A stretch of DNA of 64,000 nt from an uncultured Gemmatimonadaceae bacterium. GTDB taxonomy: Bacteria; Gemmatimonadota; Gemmatimonadetes; Gemmatimonadales; Gemmatimonadaceae. Where the stretch lies: assembly GCA_963843845.1 (NCBI GenBank), contig CAWJMB010000002.1, forward strand, positions 3,431,597 through 3,495,596, given 5' to 3'. The translations under genes and the position numbers were made by a program. Below, piece by piece: positions 1-8,879 of this stretch (its first letter is position 1; every line of letters begins with the position of its first letter). The notes under the pieces were generated by a model that saw only the letters and a list, made by a program, of their open reading frames with translations, was not told where the DNA came from and searched no databases.

Positions 1-1610
1 CGCGGCGCGCGCGAGCGCGGCGATCGCCGCGCTCGCGCCGCGCGTCGCCGCCGACGGCGGGACGGTCGGGCGCACCGGCTCCGCCGCGACGTCGCTCCAC
101 GGTCCGTCGGCGTCCGCGAGCTGGACCAGGCGCGCCGCGTCGCCGCGGCGTGCCGCGGCGACGGCGAGCGCGGTGCGCGCGAGTCGCGCCGCGTCGTCGT
201 CGCCCCAGCGCAGCGACGGCACGGCGTCGAGCACCACGTCGAGCGTCTGCGTCGCCCGCAGCGCGCGCGTCGGCCGCGGCCCGTGCGACGCCGCGCCGGT
301 CGGCGGAGGCGCGCCCGAGCTCTCGATCGTGCCCGACCCGTCCGCGAGGCCCGGTGTCCGCTCCGCCGATTCACGGCGCGTCGCCCCGTTCGGCTGCTCC
401 TGCCGCAACAGCTCGCGCGTCAGTCGCGCCGCCGACCACGTCCCCGCGCCGTCGCGACCGGCGAACAGCGCGACGATCGCGGCGCCGAGGGCGGCGGGCG
501 CGAACGTCGTCAGGAGGCGCCCGGCGAGCGAGTCGCGCTCGGTCGCGTCGCGCTCGTCGCTGCCGTCCCGCGCGTCGCCCGCCTCCCGCGCCGCCGCTCC
601 GACCGCCCCCACCGCCGCTCCCCCTGCTCCCCCTGCTCCCCCTGCTCCCCCTGCCGAGTACGTCGCGTCGGCGACCGCGTCGCGCCACACGGCGTCGAGG
701 AACGTTCCGTATCGCGCCACGCGCTCGACCTCGTGCAGCAGCGTCGCCGGCGTGGCGGCGACGGTCGACGACAGCTCCTCGTAGAGCGCGTGCGCCGCCG
801 TCAGCACGTCGCCGTCGAGCGCGAGCAGCGCGTCGGCGGCCGCGTCGGCGCGCCGGTCGATGACGTCGCGCTCGCGCGGCAGCTCGCGCGTCCACGCGAC
901 CGTGCCGAGCTCCGCGTACCGACGGTCGGCGCAGGTGAGCCGCGGCGCGTGCGTCGGCGCGCGCGTCGCCGCCGTCTGGAAGGTGACGAGATGACGCAGC
1001 GCCGGCGGGAGCAGCAGCACGAGGCACTGCAGCAGGGCCAGCGACGGCGGCGTCCCGACCCACAGCACCCGCTCGCCGGCGAGCAGCGCCGAGAGCAGCG
1101 GGCGCAGCTCGCGCGACTCGTCGACCGTGCGGCGCGACTCCGCGAGCCGCGTCTGCTCGGCGGCCGGGGTCGAGGCCTTCAGCGGCGGCACCTCGACGGT
1201 GCGGTCGGGCGCGCCCCGTCGGCGCTCATCGCCTGACGTCGCGGCGGCATGCAGCGGAGCGGGTCGTTGCGCACCGCCCAGAACGACGCGACGTCGACCG
1301 CGACGCTGTCGGAGCCGAGCGCGAGTCGGCCGCGCGCGTCGAGCCGCGTCGCGTAGCGCGTGCAGACGAGTCCCCAGCCGGGCACGGCGAGGAACGACAG
1401 CGCGTCGTCGATCGGCGCCGCCGGGTCGCCGATGCCGACCGCATGGCAGAGCACCTGCGCCTCGTCGCGCGACAGGGTCGGCGTGTGCGCGACGACGCCG
1501 TACTGATCGTCGACGAGGCCGTACACGGCGCGCACGACACGCGGCGTCACGGCCGGCATCGTGCGCTCGCGCACCACGCGGTCGGGCGAGGTCGGCGTCA
1601 TGCGGCTCAT
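1..1610 (-). CDS. GTPase-associated protein 1 (GAP1)-like protein; frameshift near 1200-1240; runs off left edge
   Basis: ATG overlaps the GTPase stop (ATGA). N-terminus reads RAVYGLVDDQYGVVAHTPTLS...LSFLAVPGWGLVCTRYATRLDARGR. After a frame change it continues ...LLQCLVLLLPPALRHLVTFQT..., resembling the GAP1 'LP..LR...TF.T' motif, and stays open to base 1. Confidence 0.6.
617..652. repeat. 9-bp tandem repeat (GCTCCCCCT)x4, encoding a Gly/Ala-rich linker
   Basis: Read directly; in frame within the GAP1-like gene. Confidence 0.9.
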
Positions 1611-2542
1611 CGCGCGGGCTCGCTCGCCGGACGCCGCACGGCGGCGAGCTCGATCGTCGTCGCGTCGTGCACGCTCGGCCGGGGATCGTTCGGCATGGCG
1701 CGCGGCGCCGCGCGCCGCGTCGGCGCCGGCTGGTCCAGGATCCACCGCAGCGGCCGCAGCACGTTGCGCGGCCGCGGCTCGTCGGCGAGCACCGCCTGCC
1801 CGTCCCGCGTCTCGAGGGCGTCGCCCAGCGCCGACAGCGCGATCACCGTGTGCGTGGTGAGCGACGTCTCGAGCAGGCCGGCCCCACTCCCGACCACCTG
1901 CCGCAGCAGCTCGCGCCGGTCGTCGTTGTCGAACAGCGCCGCGTGCTCGTCGGCCTTCGTGAGACACACCGCGACCGGAATCCGCAGCCGGTTGTCCGGA
2001 CCGAGTCGCGGATCGGACGTGCCGGCCGTCTGCGCGCGGAGCCGGAGCACGAGCGCGCCCAGCGTCGCCTGGAAGAACCTGGTGTAGTAGGCCTCCGCCC
2101 CCTCCGCCGGGCGATGCCCCGGGTCGACGAGCAGCACGATCCCCGACGCATCGAGCATCGCGTCGAGCAGCTCGGTCGGCGGCGTCGCGTCGTAGGTCGC
2201 GCCCGGCACGTCCCACACGCGGAGCTCGCCGAGGCACCGCGCCGGGCGGCGCTGCGCGAACGCGGCCGGGGTGCGCGCCGGCAACTCGTGCAGACGGAAG
2301 CGCAGCTCGCGCGTCTCGCGCGTCTGGACGCGCGCGGCCGGCGTTCCCGCTCCGCCGCACAGCGCCTGGACCTGGCGCGCGACCCACGCCGCCGTGACGG
2401 CGTCGCCGGGGAGCACGCACAGCCGCCGCTCGTCGACCGCCTGCTGATGAAAGAAGACGAGCGTCGACAGATACGTCGACTTCCCGGCTCCCGTCGCGCC
2501 CCACAGCACGATGCGGCGCGGCGCATCGGTCCCGTCCGTCAT
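1607..2542 (-). CDS. TRAFAC-class GTPase (double-GTPase/conflict-system-like)
   Basis: C-terminal 311 aa of ORF 1607..4216, from MTDGTD. G1 GATGAGKST, G3 DVPG, G4 TKAD, G5-like SAL; ends PRNVLRPLRWIL. Confidence 0.8.
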   Translation of the reverse strand: MTDGTDAPRRIVLWGATGAGKSTYLSTLVFFHQQAVDERRLCVLPGDAVTAAWVARQVQALCGGAGTPAARVQTRETRELRFRLHELPARTPAAFAQRRPARCLGELRVWDVPGATYDATPPTELLDAMLDASGIVLLVDPGHRPAEGAEAYYTRFFQATLGALVLRLRAQTAGTSDPRLGPDNRLRIPVAVCLTKADEHAALFDNDDRRELLRQVVGSGAGLLETSLTTHTVIALSALGDALETRDGQAVLADEPRPRNVLRPLRWILDQPAPTRRAAPRAMPNDPRPSVHDATTIELAAVRRPASEPAR

Positions 2543-2573
2543 GTCAGCGGCTCCCGTCCATGCGATAGGCGCC

Positions 2574-3862
2574 CTACGACACGACCGCGCCGGAAGTGCC
2601 AGCCGTGCCCGACGACGTGCCCGACGAGCCAGTGGTCCGGCCGAGCATCGTCGCGACGGCGAGGTCGCCGGTGACGTTCGTCGTCGTGCGGAACATGTCC
2701 GGGATCGGATCGACGGCGATGAGGATCCCGATTCCTTCGATCGGCAGTCCGCCGGCGGCGAGCGCCGGAATGCTCGCGAGGATCGACCCGGCCGGCACGC
2801 CGGGATGCTGAACGTCATCACGACGACCGTCGCCGCGACCGACAGCAGGCGCGTCGCATCGAGCTCGACGCCGTACAGCCGCGCGATGAACAGCACCCCG
2901 ATCACCTGCCCCACCGCTCCGCCGACGCGGAACGTCGACGCCGCGAGCGGCAGGAGAAAGCTCGTGACCGTCTCCGACAGCCGCAGCCGGTCGCGCGCCG
3001 TCTCGATCAACGCCGGCAGCGCGGCGAGCGACGACCGCGACGAGAACGCGACGGCCTGCGCGGGGAGGGCGGCGCGCGCGAACGCCGCAGGGGAGACCCG
3101 TCCGAACACCATCGCCGCCGGATACAGCACCAGGAACATGAACAGCGTCGTCGCGACCGCCGTGATCGCGACGTACGACGCGACCGCCCCCGCCGCCGAC
3201 GCCCCCACGCGCACCGCGAGCGGCAGCGCCAGCGCGAACACCCCGATCGGCGCGAGCACGAGCACCCACCGCACGACGACGAGCGACGCCGCCGCGACCG
3301 CCGCGAAGAACCCGACGAGCGCCGCGCGCCGCGCGGGCTCGAGACGCGTCACGGCGAGCGCGAACACGAGGGTGAACAGGATGAGCGGCAGCATCGCGCC
3401 GTCGGCCGCCGCCTTCACCGGGTTCGCCGGCACGAGGTCGACGAGCCACTGCGCGAACGTGGGCACCTTCGCCGCCCCCTCGCGCGTCGCCGCGGCCGAC
3501 GCGGCCGCCGTCGCGCGGAGCGCCTCGGTCGCGGCCGGCGAGAGCGGCAGGCGCGCCATGAACGGCGGCGCGACGAGCAGCGCGAACCCCGCTCCCGCCG
3601 CGAGCAGCGCGAGACACACCGCGAGCGCTCGTCCCCCGACCTGCCCGAGACGCCGCCCGTCCGGCGCCGCCGCCACGCCGACGACGAGACTCGCGACGAC
3701 GAGCGGGATCACCGTCATCCGGATCGCGTTGATGAACAGCGTCCCGATCGGCTCGACCGCGAGCGCGGCCGCCCGAACCGTCGGCACGTCCGCCGCCGCG
3801 ATCACGGCGCCGAGCGCGAGGCCGGCGGCGAGCGCGAGCAGAACGCGGAGAGTGGGAGACAC
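2574..3862 (-). CDS. dicarboxylate/amino acid:cation symporter (DAACS family); frameshift near 2805
   Basis: IGTLFINAIRMTVIPLVV, AFSSRSSLAALP; second frame PGVP...IAVDPIPDMFRTTTNVTGD. Confidence 0.9.
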
Positions 3863-3952
3863 GGCGGGCTGGCGGGGGAGAGTGGCGATGCGACAAGGTA
3901 GTACGCTCGCGATCGAACGCGATCGTTCGGCAGCCCGCACTCCAGACGCCGC

Positions 3953-4255
3953 ATGACCAACGCACGAGATCCGCTCACGGCGGTGGAGGAGTTCCCGGGT
4001 GACGATCCCGGATACGCGTGGTGGCGGAACACGCACCCGGCCGGGTACATCCTGGCCGTACGCGCGCGGCACCCGCCGATCGTCCACCGCGCGGGGTGCC
4101 GCGACGTCGACCGGGACGCGCACCCGGGGCGGCTCCGCGCCGCGGGCAGCCGTCAGCTCTGCGCCGAGACGAAGCCGGCGCTCCGGGCGTGGGCGGGGCG
4201 GGAGGTGCCCGGGCACGGCATCACACTCGACCGGTGTCCGAAGTGCGCGCCGTGA
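3953..4255 (+). CDS. small hypothetical protein, putative metal-binding (HRAGC...C...CPKC)
   Basis: 100-aa ORF with protein-like composition and Cys/His motifs. Confidence 0.65.
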   Translation: MTNARDPLTAVEEFPGDDPGYAWWRNTHPAGYILAVRARHPPIVHRAGCRDVDRDAHPGRLRAAGSRQLCAETKPALRAWAGREVPGHGITLDRCPKCAP

Positions 4256-4390
4256 TCCGCGGACCAGCGGCCGACCCGGTCCGCACCGTTCCGAGCGGTC
4301 CGACTATCGCGAGTGGCCAGCGCTCGGGCGACGCCGACGTCGCAGGCGACGCGAGCGTCGCCATTACAGACAGCAGCCGGAGAGTGACCG

Positions 4391-4687
4391 ATGAGCGAGC
4401 ACGCTGACCCGACCGCCGACGAGATCGGACCGATGACCGCGGTCGGGTTCACCGACGGACGCATCGACGTCGAGGCGTCGGAGCACACGATCGACTTCAC
4501 GTACGGCGGGACGCCGGTCCATGCGTACGTGGAGGGGTGGGCGGCCTACATGCCCAACGCGCCCTTCTGGCGCGTCTCCTTTCGCGGTGCCGACTTCGAC
4601 GCCGGCGAAGCCAACCACGCCGACACGCCGGAAGCGATTCGCGACCGCATCGCCGAGCTGCTGCGCGCGACGCCGGCCGACCGATAG
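4391..4687 (+). CDS. small acidic hypothetical protein
   Basis: 98-aa ORF, GGAGAG upstream of ATG, GC3-biased codons. Confidence 0.65.
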   Translation: MSEHADPTADEIGPMTAVGFTDGRIDVEASEHTIDFTYGGTPVHAYVEGWAAYMPNAPFWRVSFRGADFDAGEANHADTPEAIRDRIAELLRATPADR

Positions 4688-4819
4688 CTCGCCGACATGG
4701 TGTCTCCCGAACGCGAACGGTCCTCCGCCTGAGCGAAGGACCGTTCTCGCGCCTGACATCCGGCGTTCCGTGCCCGAGCCGGTGCCCGAGCGGGCCTCGG
4801 ACGCGAGCTGGGGGGTGAG

Positions 4820-4891
4820 AGGTACCGGCGAGAATCGAACTCGCGAATAGCGGTTTTGCAGACCGCTGCCTTACCACTTGGCTACGGTACC
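4820..4891 (-). tRNA. tRNA-Cys (GCA)
   Basis: Reverse complement GGTACCGTAGCCAAGTGGTAAGGCAGCGGTCTGCAAAACCGCTATTCGCGAGTTCGATTCTCGCCGGTACCT folds as a cloverleaf; anticodon GCA; T-loop GTTCGA; CCA not encoded. Confidence 0.97.
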
Positions 4892-4924
4892 ACGACCCGG
4901 CCGAGCGATCGGCCCGGGCTGCGT

Positions 4925-4953
4925 AACTTGCTCCTCGACGCCCTTCGGTTCAA
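4925..4953 (-). promoter_or_regulatory. putative sigma70-type promoter of tRNA-Cys
   Basis: TTGAAC-17 nt-CAAGTT upstream of the tRNA. Confidence 0.45.
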
Positions 4954-4958
4954 CCCCT

Positions 4959-4982
4959 CGCCGACTCGACGTCGAGTCGGCG
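4959..4982. repeat. perfect 24-bp palindrome
   Basis: CGCCGACTCGAC|GTCGAGTCGGCG between divergent tRNA and PAP2 genes. Confidence 0.9.
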
Positions 4983-5013
4983 GGGCACGCTGAGTGCCAC
5001 CATATTCGTTCGC

Positions 5014-5844
5014 GTGTCGACCCGTCTCTCCCTCAACGCCACCGTCGCGACCGCCGCACGCCACCTGCGCGACCTCCGCGCGGCGATCGGCGTCGTGCTG
5101 CTCGGCGGCGCGCTCGTCGCCGCGGCAGGGATCGCGCTCTTCGCCTGGCTCGCCGCGGACGTCGTCCGTGGCCGCACGCAGGCGCTCGACGAGTGGGTCC
5201 TCACGGCGCTCGGCGCGTACCAGACGCCGTGGGCCATGGCGACGATGGTCGAGATCACCCTCCTCGGGACCGGTACGGTCGTCGTCACGATCGCCAGCAT
5301 CGCGGCACTGTTTCTCGCGTTGACGCGACACCGCCACTCCGCGCTGCTGCTGCTCCTGTCGACCGTCGGCGCACTGGTGCTCAACAGCCTGCTGAAAGCG
5401 GCGTTCGACCGGCCGCGCCCGCACGTGTTCACCTGGGGGACGCAGGTGGTGACGACGTCGTTCCCGTCCGGCCACGCGATGAGCGGGGCCGCGGTCTACG
5501 CGACGATCGCCTTCCTCGCCACCCGCCTGCAGCGCCGCCGTCGCCACCGCGTCGCGACGTTGACGGTCGCGGCGCTCCTCATCCTCCTCATCGCCTTCAG
5601 CCGCGTCTACCTCGGCGTGCACTATCCGAGCGATGTCGCGGCAGGGATCGCGGTCGGATGGGCGTGGGCGGCGTTCTGCGTCGCGACCCTCGAGGCGGCG
5701 CATCTCGTGCGCCGCCGGCGGCGAGGACGACACGCCTCGACGCGGACGCGGGCGCACGCCAGCGGCGCCCCCCTCGACGGCCCCCGCCGCGCGCCGGTCG
5801 ACTACGCCGTCGGACCGACGAACCGATCGAACAGCCGCTCGTAG
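5014..5844 (+). CDS. PAP2 family membrane phosphatase
   Basis: KAAFDRPRP, SFPSGHA and SRVYLGVHYPSDV motifs. Confidence 0.93.
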   Translation: MSTRLSLNATVATAARHLRDLRAAIGVVLLGGALVAAAGIALFAWLAADVVRGRTQALDEWVLTALGAYQTPWAMATMVEITLLGTGTVVVTIASIAALFLALTRHRHSALLLLLSTVGALVLNSLLKAAFDRPRPHVFTWGTQVVTTSFPSGHAMSGAAVYATIAFLATRLQRRRRHRVATLTVAALLILLIAFSRVYLGVHYPSDVAAGIAVGWAWAAFCVATLEAAHLVRRRRRGRHASTRTRAHASGAPLDGPRRAPVDYAVGPTNRSNSRS

Positions 5845-6278
5845 TACGTCGCTTCGTCGACGGCGCGGTCACCTCCCGGCGACGCGCCCTGCGCCGCGTC
5901 CTCCTGGGATGCGCGGAGCGCGATGGCAGCGCGCGCGCACCCCGCCTCGTTCTCGACGAACAGACGCGTCAGGGCGTCGGCCTGGTCGCGAACGAGCGAG
6001 TCACCGGCCCGCGAGTCGGCGTCGGCGCGCGCGGCGATCTCGTCGACGAGCTCCCGCACGCCGCTCACACTCGCTCCCGCCACGAGCAGTTGCATCAGCG
6101 CCGCGCGCGGCGACAGCTCACCGTCGAGACAGCGAACGAGCACGCGTCGGGTGGCAGCGTTCCCCAGCCCGTCGGTGAGACGACTGACCAGCTCCGCCTC
6201 GATCCCCTCGCGTCCCGGCTGGTCGCGGTGCAGCTCGCGCCGCGCACCTTGACGCGCGTCAGGAAACGGCGTCGTCAT
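5802..6278 (-). CDS. hypothetical helical protein
   Basis: 158-aa ORF from MTTPFPD; 3' end overlaps the PAP2 gene convergently. Confidence 0.6.
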   Translation of the reverse strand: MTTPFPDARQGARRELHRDQPGREGIEAELVSRLTDGLGNAATRRVLVRCLDGELSPRAALMQLLVAGASVSGVRELVDEIAARADADSRAGDSLVRDQADALTRLFVENEAGCARAAIALRASQEDAAQGASPGGDRAVDEATYYERLFDRFVGPTA

Positions 6279-6477
6279 ACGGACTCGCTCGCGACCATCG
6301 CTCTCTCCTCCCGCTCGATTCGCTGACGCGACGCTCCGGCGCCTCGTCGACGTCACCCCGCCGACGCGCAGCGAGCACAGGGCATGCCGCCGCGACCGAT
6401 CGCCGCCCCGAAGTTCCGACACCCACGCCCGGCGGCCACCGCCGTACCGACGATCGCCCCCGTCCGATGGACACGCC

Positions 6478-7698
6478 CTACCGACGATCGCCCCCGCCCC
6501 CGCCCCCGCCCCGCCGCGCGAGCAGCGCCCGCACCTGGTCGAGCGGAATCGCCTCGACCGTTCCCCCGCGCGACGTGACCGTCGTCGCCGCGAACAGGGA
6601 ATCGTAGATCGCCTCCTCGGTCGCCTCCACCGCCGCCGCGAACACGGCCGACAGCTCCGCGCCGTCGTTCGCCAGCTCGGCCGTCGTCGTGCGCGGCGCG
6701 GTCGTCGTCCGTCGCACCGCTGGCGCCGTCGAGAACGCGATCACGTAGTCCCCGGACCCGTTCGACGCGTACGACCCCGTGCGGCCGAGTCCGAGCAACG
6801 CGCGCGCGGCGAGACGGCGCAGATTGCGGTCGCCCAACGGCGCGTTCGTCGTGACGACCATGACGATCGACCCGTCGGCGGTCGCGTCACCCCCCGCAGC
6901 CTCGTCGCGACGCGCCGTGTCGCCGAGCGCCCGAACGAACGGATGCCGGCCTGACGCCTTGCCGATCGGTGCGCCGTCGACTTGCAGCACTCCGCCGAAG
7001 TTGCTCTGCACGAGCACGCCGACCGTCCACCCGCCCAACGACGGCGGGAGCTGGCGCGACGACGTGCCGATCCCCCCTTTCCACCCGAACGCGACCGTCC
7101 CCGCGCCGGCACCGACGCTCCCCTCGGCGACCGGCCCGCTCGTCGCGGACTCGAGTGCGGCGCGCACGTGCTCGGCGCGGATCGGACGACTGCGGATCGC
7201 GACGTTCAGCTGCCCGTCGTTCGTCTCGGCGACGACGGGGTTGATCGATCGGACGCGCTCCATCCCTGGCCGCGCGAGCAGCCACTCGACCATGGCGTCG
7301 GCCGCACGCCAGACGCACAGCGTGCAGGTGAGCAGCAGCGGCGTCTCGATCTCGCCGAGCTCGTTCACCTGCGTGCTGCCTAACAGTTTGCCGAACCCGT
7401 TCCCGACGACGATCGCCGCCGGCACGCGGTCGGTGAACCACCGATCGCCGGGCGGGAGGATCGCCGTGACGCCGGTCCGCACGCTGTCCCCCTCGATCAC
7501 GGTCGTCTGCCCGACGCGCACGCCGTCGACGTCGGTGATCGCGTTCCAGCGCCCGGGCGCGAACACGCCGGGCGCGACGCCGAGGTCGCGCGCGCGAGCC
7601 CGCCCCGGCGCGACCGTCGGCCCGGGTTGGGCGGCGAGCGCGCCCCCGAGACAGAGCGACGCAACGCCGAGATGGTGGAAACTCTTGATCGATACCAT
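6478..7698 (-). CDS. P1 family (DmpA-like) aminopeptidase, secreted
   Basis: NAITDVDGVRVG, NGFGKLLGSTQ, EGSVGAGAGT, GWKGGIGTSS, NGSGDYVIAFST; signal peptide. Confidence 0.92.
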   Translation of the reverse strand: MVSIKSFHHLGVASLCLGGALAAQPGPTVAPGRARARDLGVAPGVFAPGRWNAITDVDGVRVGQTTVIEGDSVRTGVTAILPPGDRWFTDRVPAAIVVGNGFGKLLGSTQVNELGEIETPLLLTCTLCVWRAADAMVEWLLARPGMERVRSINPVVAETNDGQLNVAIRSRPIRAEHVRAALESATSGPVAEGSVGAGAGTVAFGWKGGIGTSSRQLPPSLGGWTVGVLVQSNFGGVLQVDGAPIGKASGRHPFVRALGDTARRDEAAGGDATADGSIVMVVTTNAPLGDRNLRRLAARALLGLGRTGSYASNGSGDYVIAFSTAPAVRRTTTAPRTTTAELANDGAELSAVFAAAVEATEEAIYDSLFAATTVTSRGGTVEAIPLDQVRALLARRGGGGGGGDRR

Positions 7699-7717
7699 CG
7701 CTCACCGAGTGCGAGTC

Positions 7718-7984
7718 ATGTCCTCGAAACCAGCGGCCGCGAAGACGGCGAAACTGTTCGAGCACGGGCGGAGCCAGGCCGTGCGCCTCCCCAAAGAGTT
7801 CCGCTTCTCGGGAGATCGCGTGCAGATCCGGCGCGAAGGACGCGCCGTGATCTTGGAGCCGATGTTCCCCGACGTCGACGCCTGGTTCGCCGCGCTCGAC
7901 CGATTCGGCGACACGGGGTTCTTGGAAGATGGGCGCAATCAGCCGCCGACGCCTCCGTCGCGCGTCGACTTCGACGCGGAATGA
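7718..7984 (+). CDS. vapB: VapB-type antitoxin (AbrB/MazE fold)
   Basis: AKLFEHGRSQAVRLPKEFRF; stop overlaps the toxin ATG (ATGA). Confidence 0.9.
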   Translation: MSSKPAAAKTAKLFEHGRSQAVRLPKEFRFSGDRVQIRREGRAVILEPMFPDVDAWFAALDRFGDTGFLEDGRNQPPTPPSRVDFDAE

Positions 7985-8406
7985 CGACATCCCTGCTCGA
8001 CACGAGCGCCGTCGTCGCCATCATTCGCGGTCGGCCTCTCATCGCGCGCGACCGGCTACGCACGGCGATCGTCGCCGGCGACGACGTCGTCGTCTCGAGC
8101 GTCGTCACCTACGACCTGTGGTACGGCGTCGCGCGCGGCGCGAGAGGCGAGGAGAATGCGCGCCTGCTTCGCGACTTCCTCGCGAATGATGCCGTCGTGT
8201 GGTCGTTCACCGAAGACGACGCGGTCGACGCGGGTGCGCTCCGCGCCGAGTCGGAGAGCGCCGGCACTCCCATCGAGCCGTACGACGTCTTGATCGCCGC
8301 CCAGGCGCGCCGTCACGGCGCGACCGTCGTCACCGCGAACACGCGTGCGTTCGTCCGGGTGCCGGACCTCGTCTTCGAGGACTGGACGCGGACGGCGAGT
8401 GCCTAA
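7981..8406 (+). CDS. vapC: VapC-type PIN-domain toxin
   Basis: LLDTSAVV, PYDVLIAAQA, VVTANTRAF.RVP.L..EDW. Confidence 0.9.
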   Translation: MTTSLLDTSAVVAIIRGRPLIARDRLRTAIVAGDDVVVSSVVTYDLWYGVARGARGEENARLLRDFLANDAVVWSFTEDDAVDAGALRAESESAGTPIEPYDVLIAAQARRHGATVVTANTRAFVRVPDLVFEDWTRTASA

Positions 8407-8750
8407 CGCCCCGGACAGATGATGAAGGCGCGGCGACGTCGTGTGCGTCCCTCCGGGCGTACCGACGCGACGTCCTTCGCGATCGCGTGGAGGAAGATCG
8501 GTAGGCGGGGTGTCTGGCTCCCACTCTGGCTAGCGCGGCCTGGTGTTCATGTCGAAATCCTCGTGGACGACGGTTGGACGCTCGACCGTGAAACTCCGAC
8601 GTGCCTGGACGCGAGCGTACGGCATGCGTGGCGGCGCCCGGCCTGGAGGTGCTGCGTCTCATGAGTCTCATCGCGCACAGGTGAGCAGCGCGGCGCCGAC
8701 CGGCGCGCCAGGCCACGACCGTCCGCATCACCTCGTCCGCCGTGCCGACT

Positions 8751-8839
8751 CCGCATCACCGCACGTCACCGCCGTCCCCACCGGCGTCCCCACCGCCGTC
8801 CCAACGCGGTGCGAACGGCAGTGACGTGCGGTGATGCGG
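8751..8839. repeat. 19-bp perfect inverted repeat downstream of the MATE gene (possible terminator/REP-like element)
   Basis: CCGCATCACCGCACGTCAC (8751-8769) and GTGACGTGCGGTGATGCGG (8821-8839); loop holds three degenerate 12-mers. Confidence 0.75.
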
Positions 8840-8879
8840 GGTGGGCACCGCGGACGGGGGGGACCGGTGAAAGGATGAT

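Noticed and set aside
1607..4216. 869-aa apparent symporter-GTPase fusion in the ORF track
   Set aside because: A frameshift near 2805 causes it. The true symporter C-terminus is in another frame ending at 2574, and the GTPase has its own ATG at 2542.
4820..4891. Prophage or island integrated at tRNA-Cys
   Set aside because: No integrase and no att duplication visible in the window.
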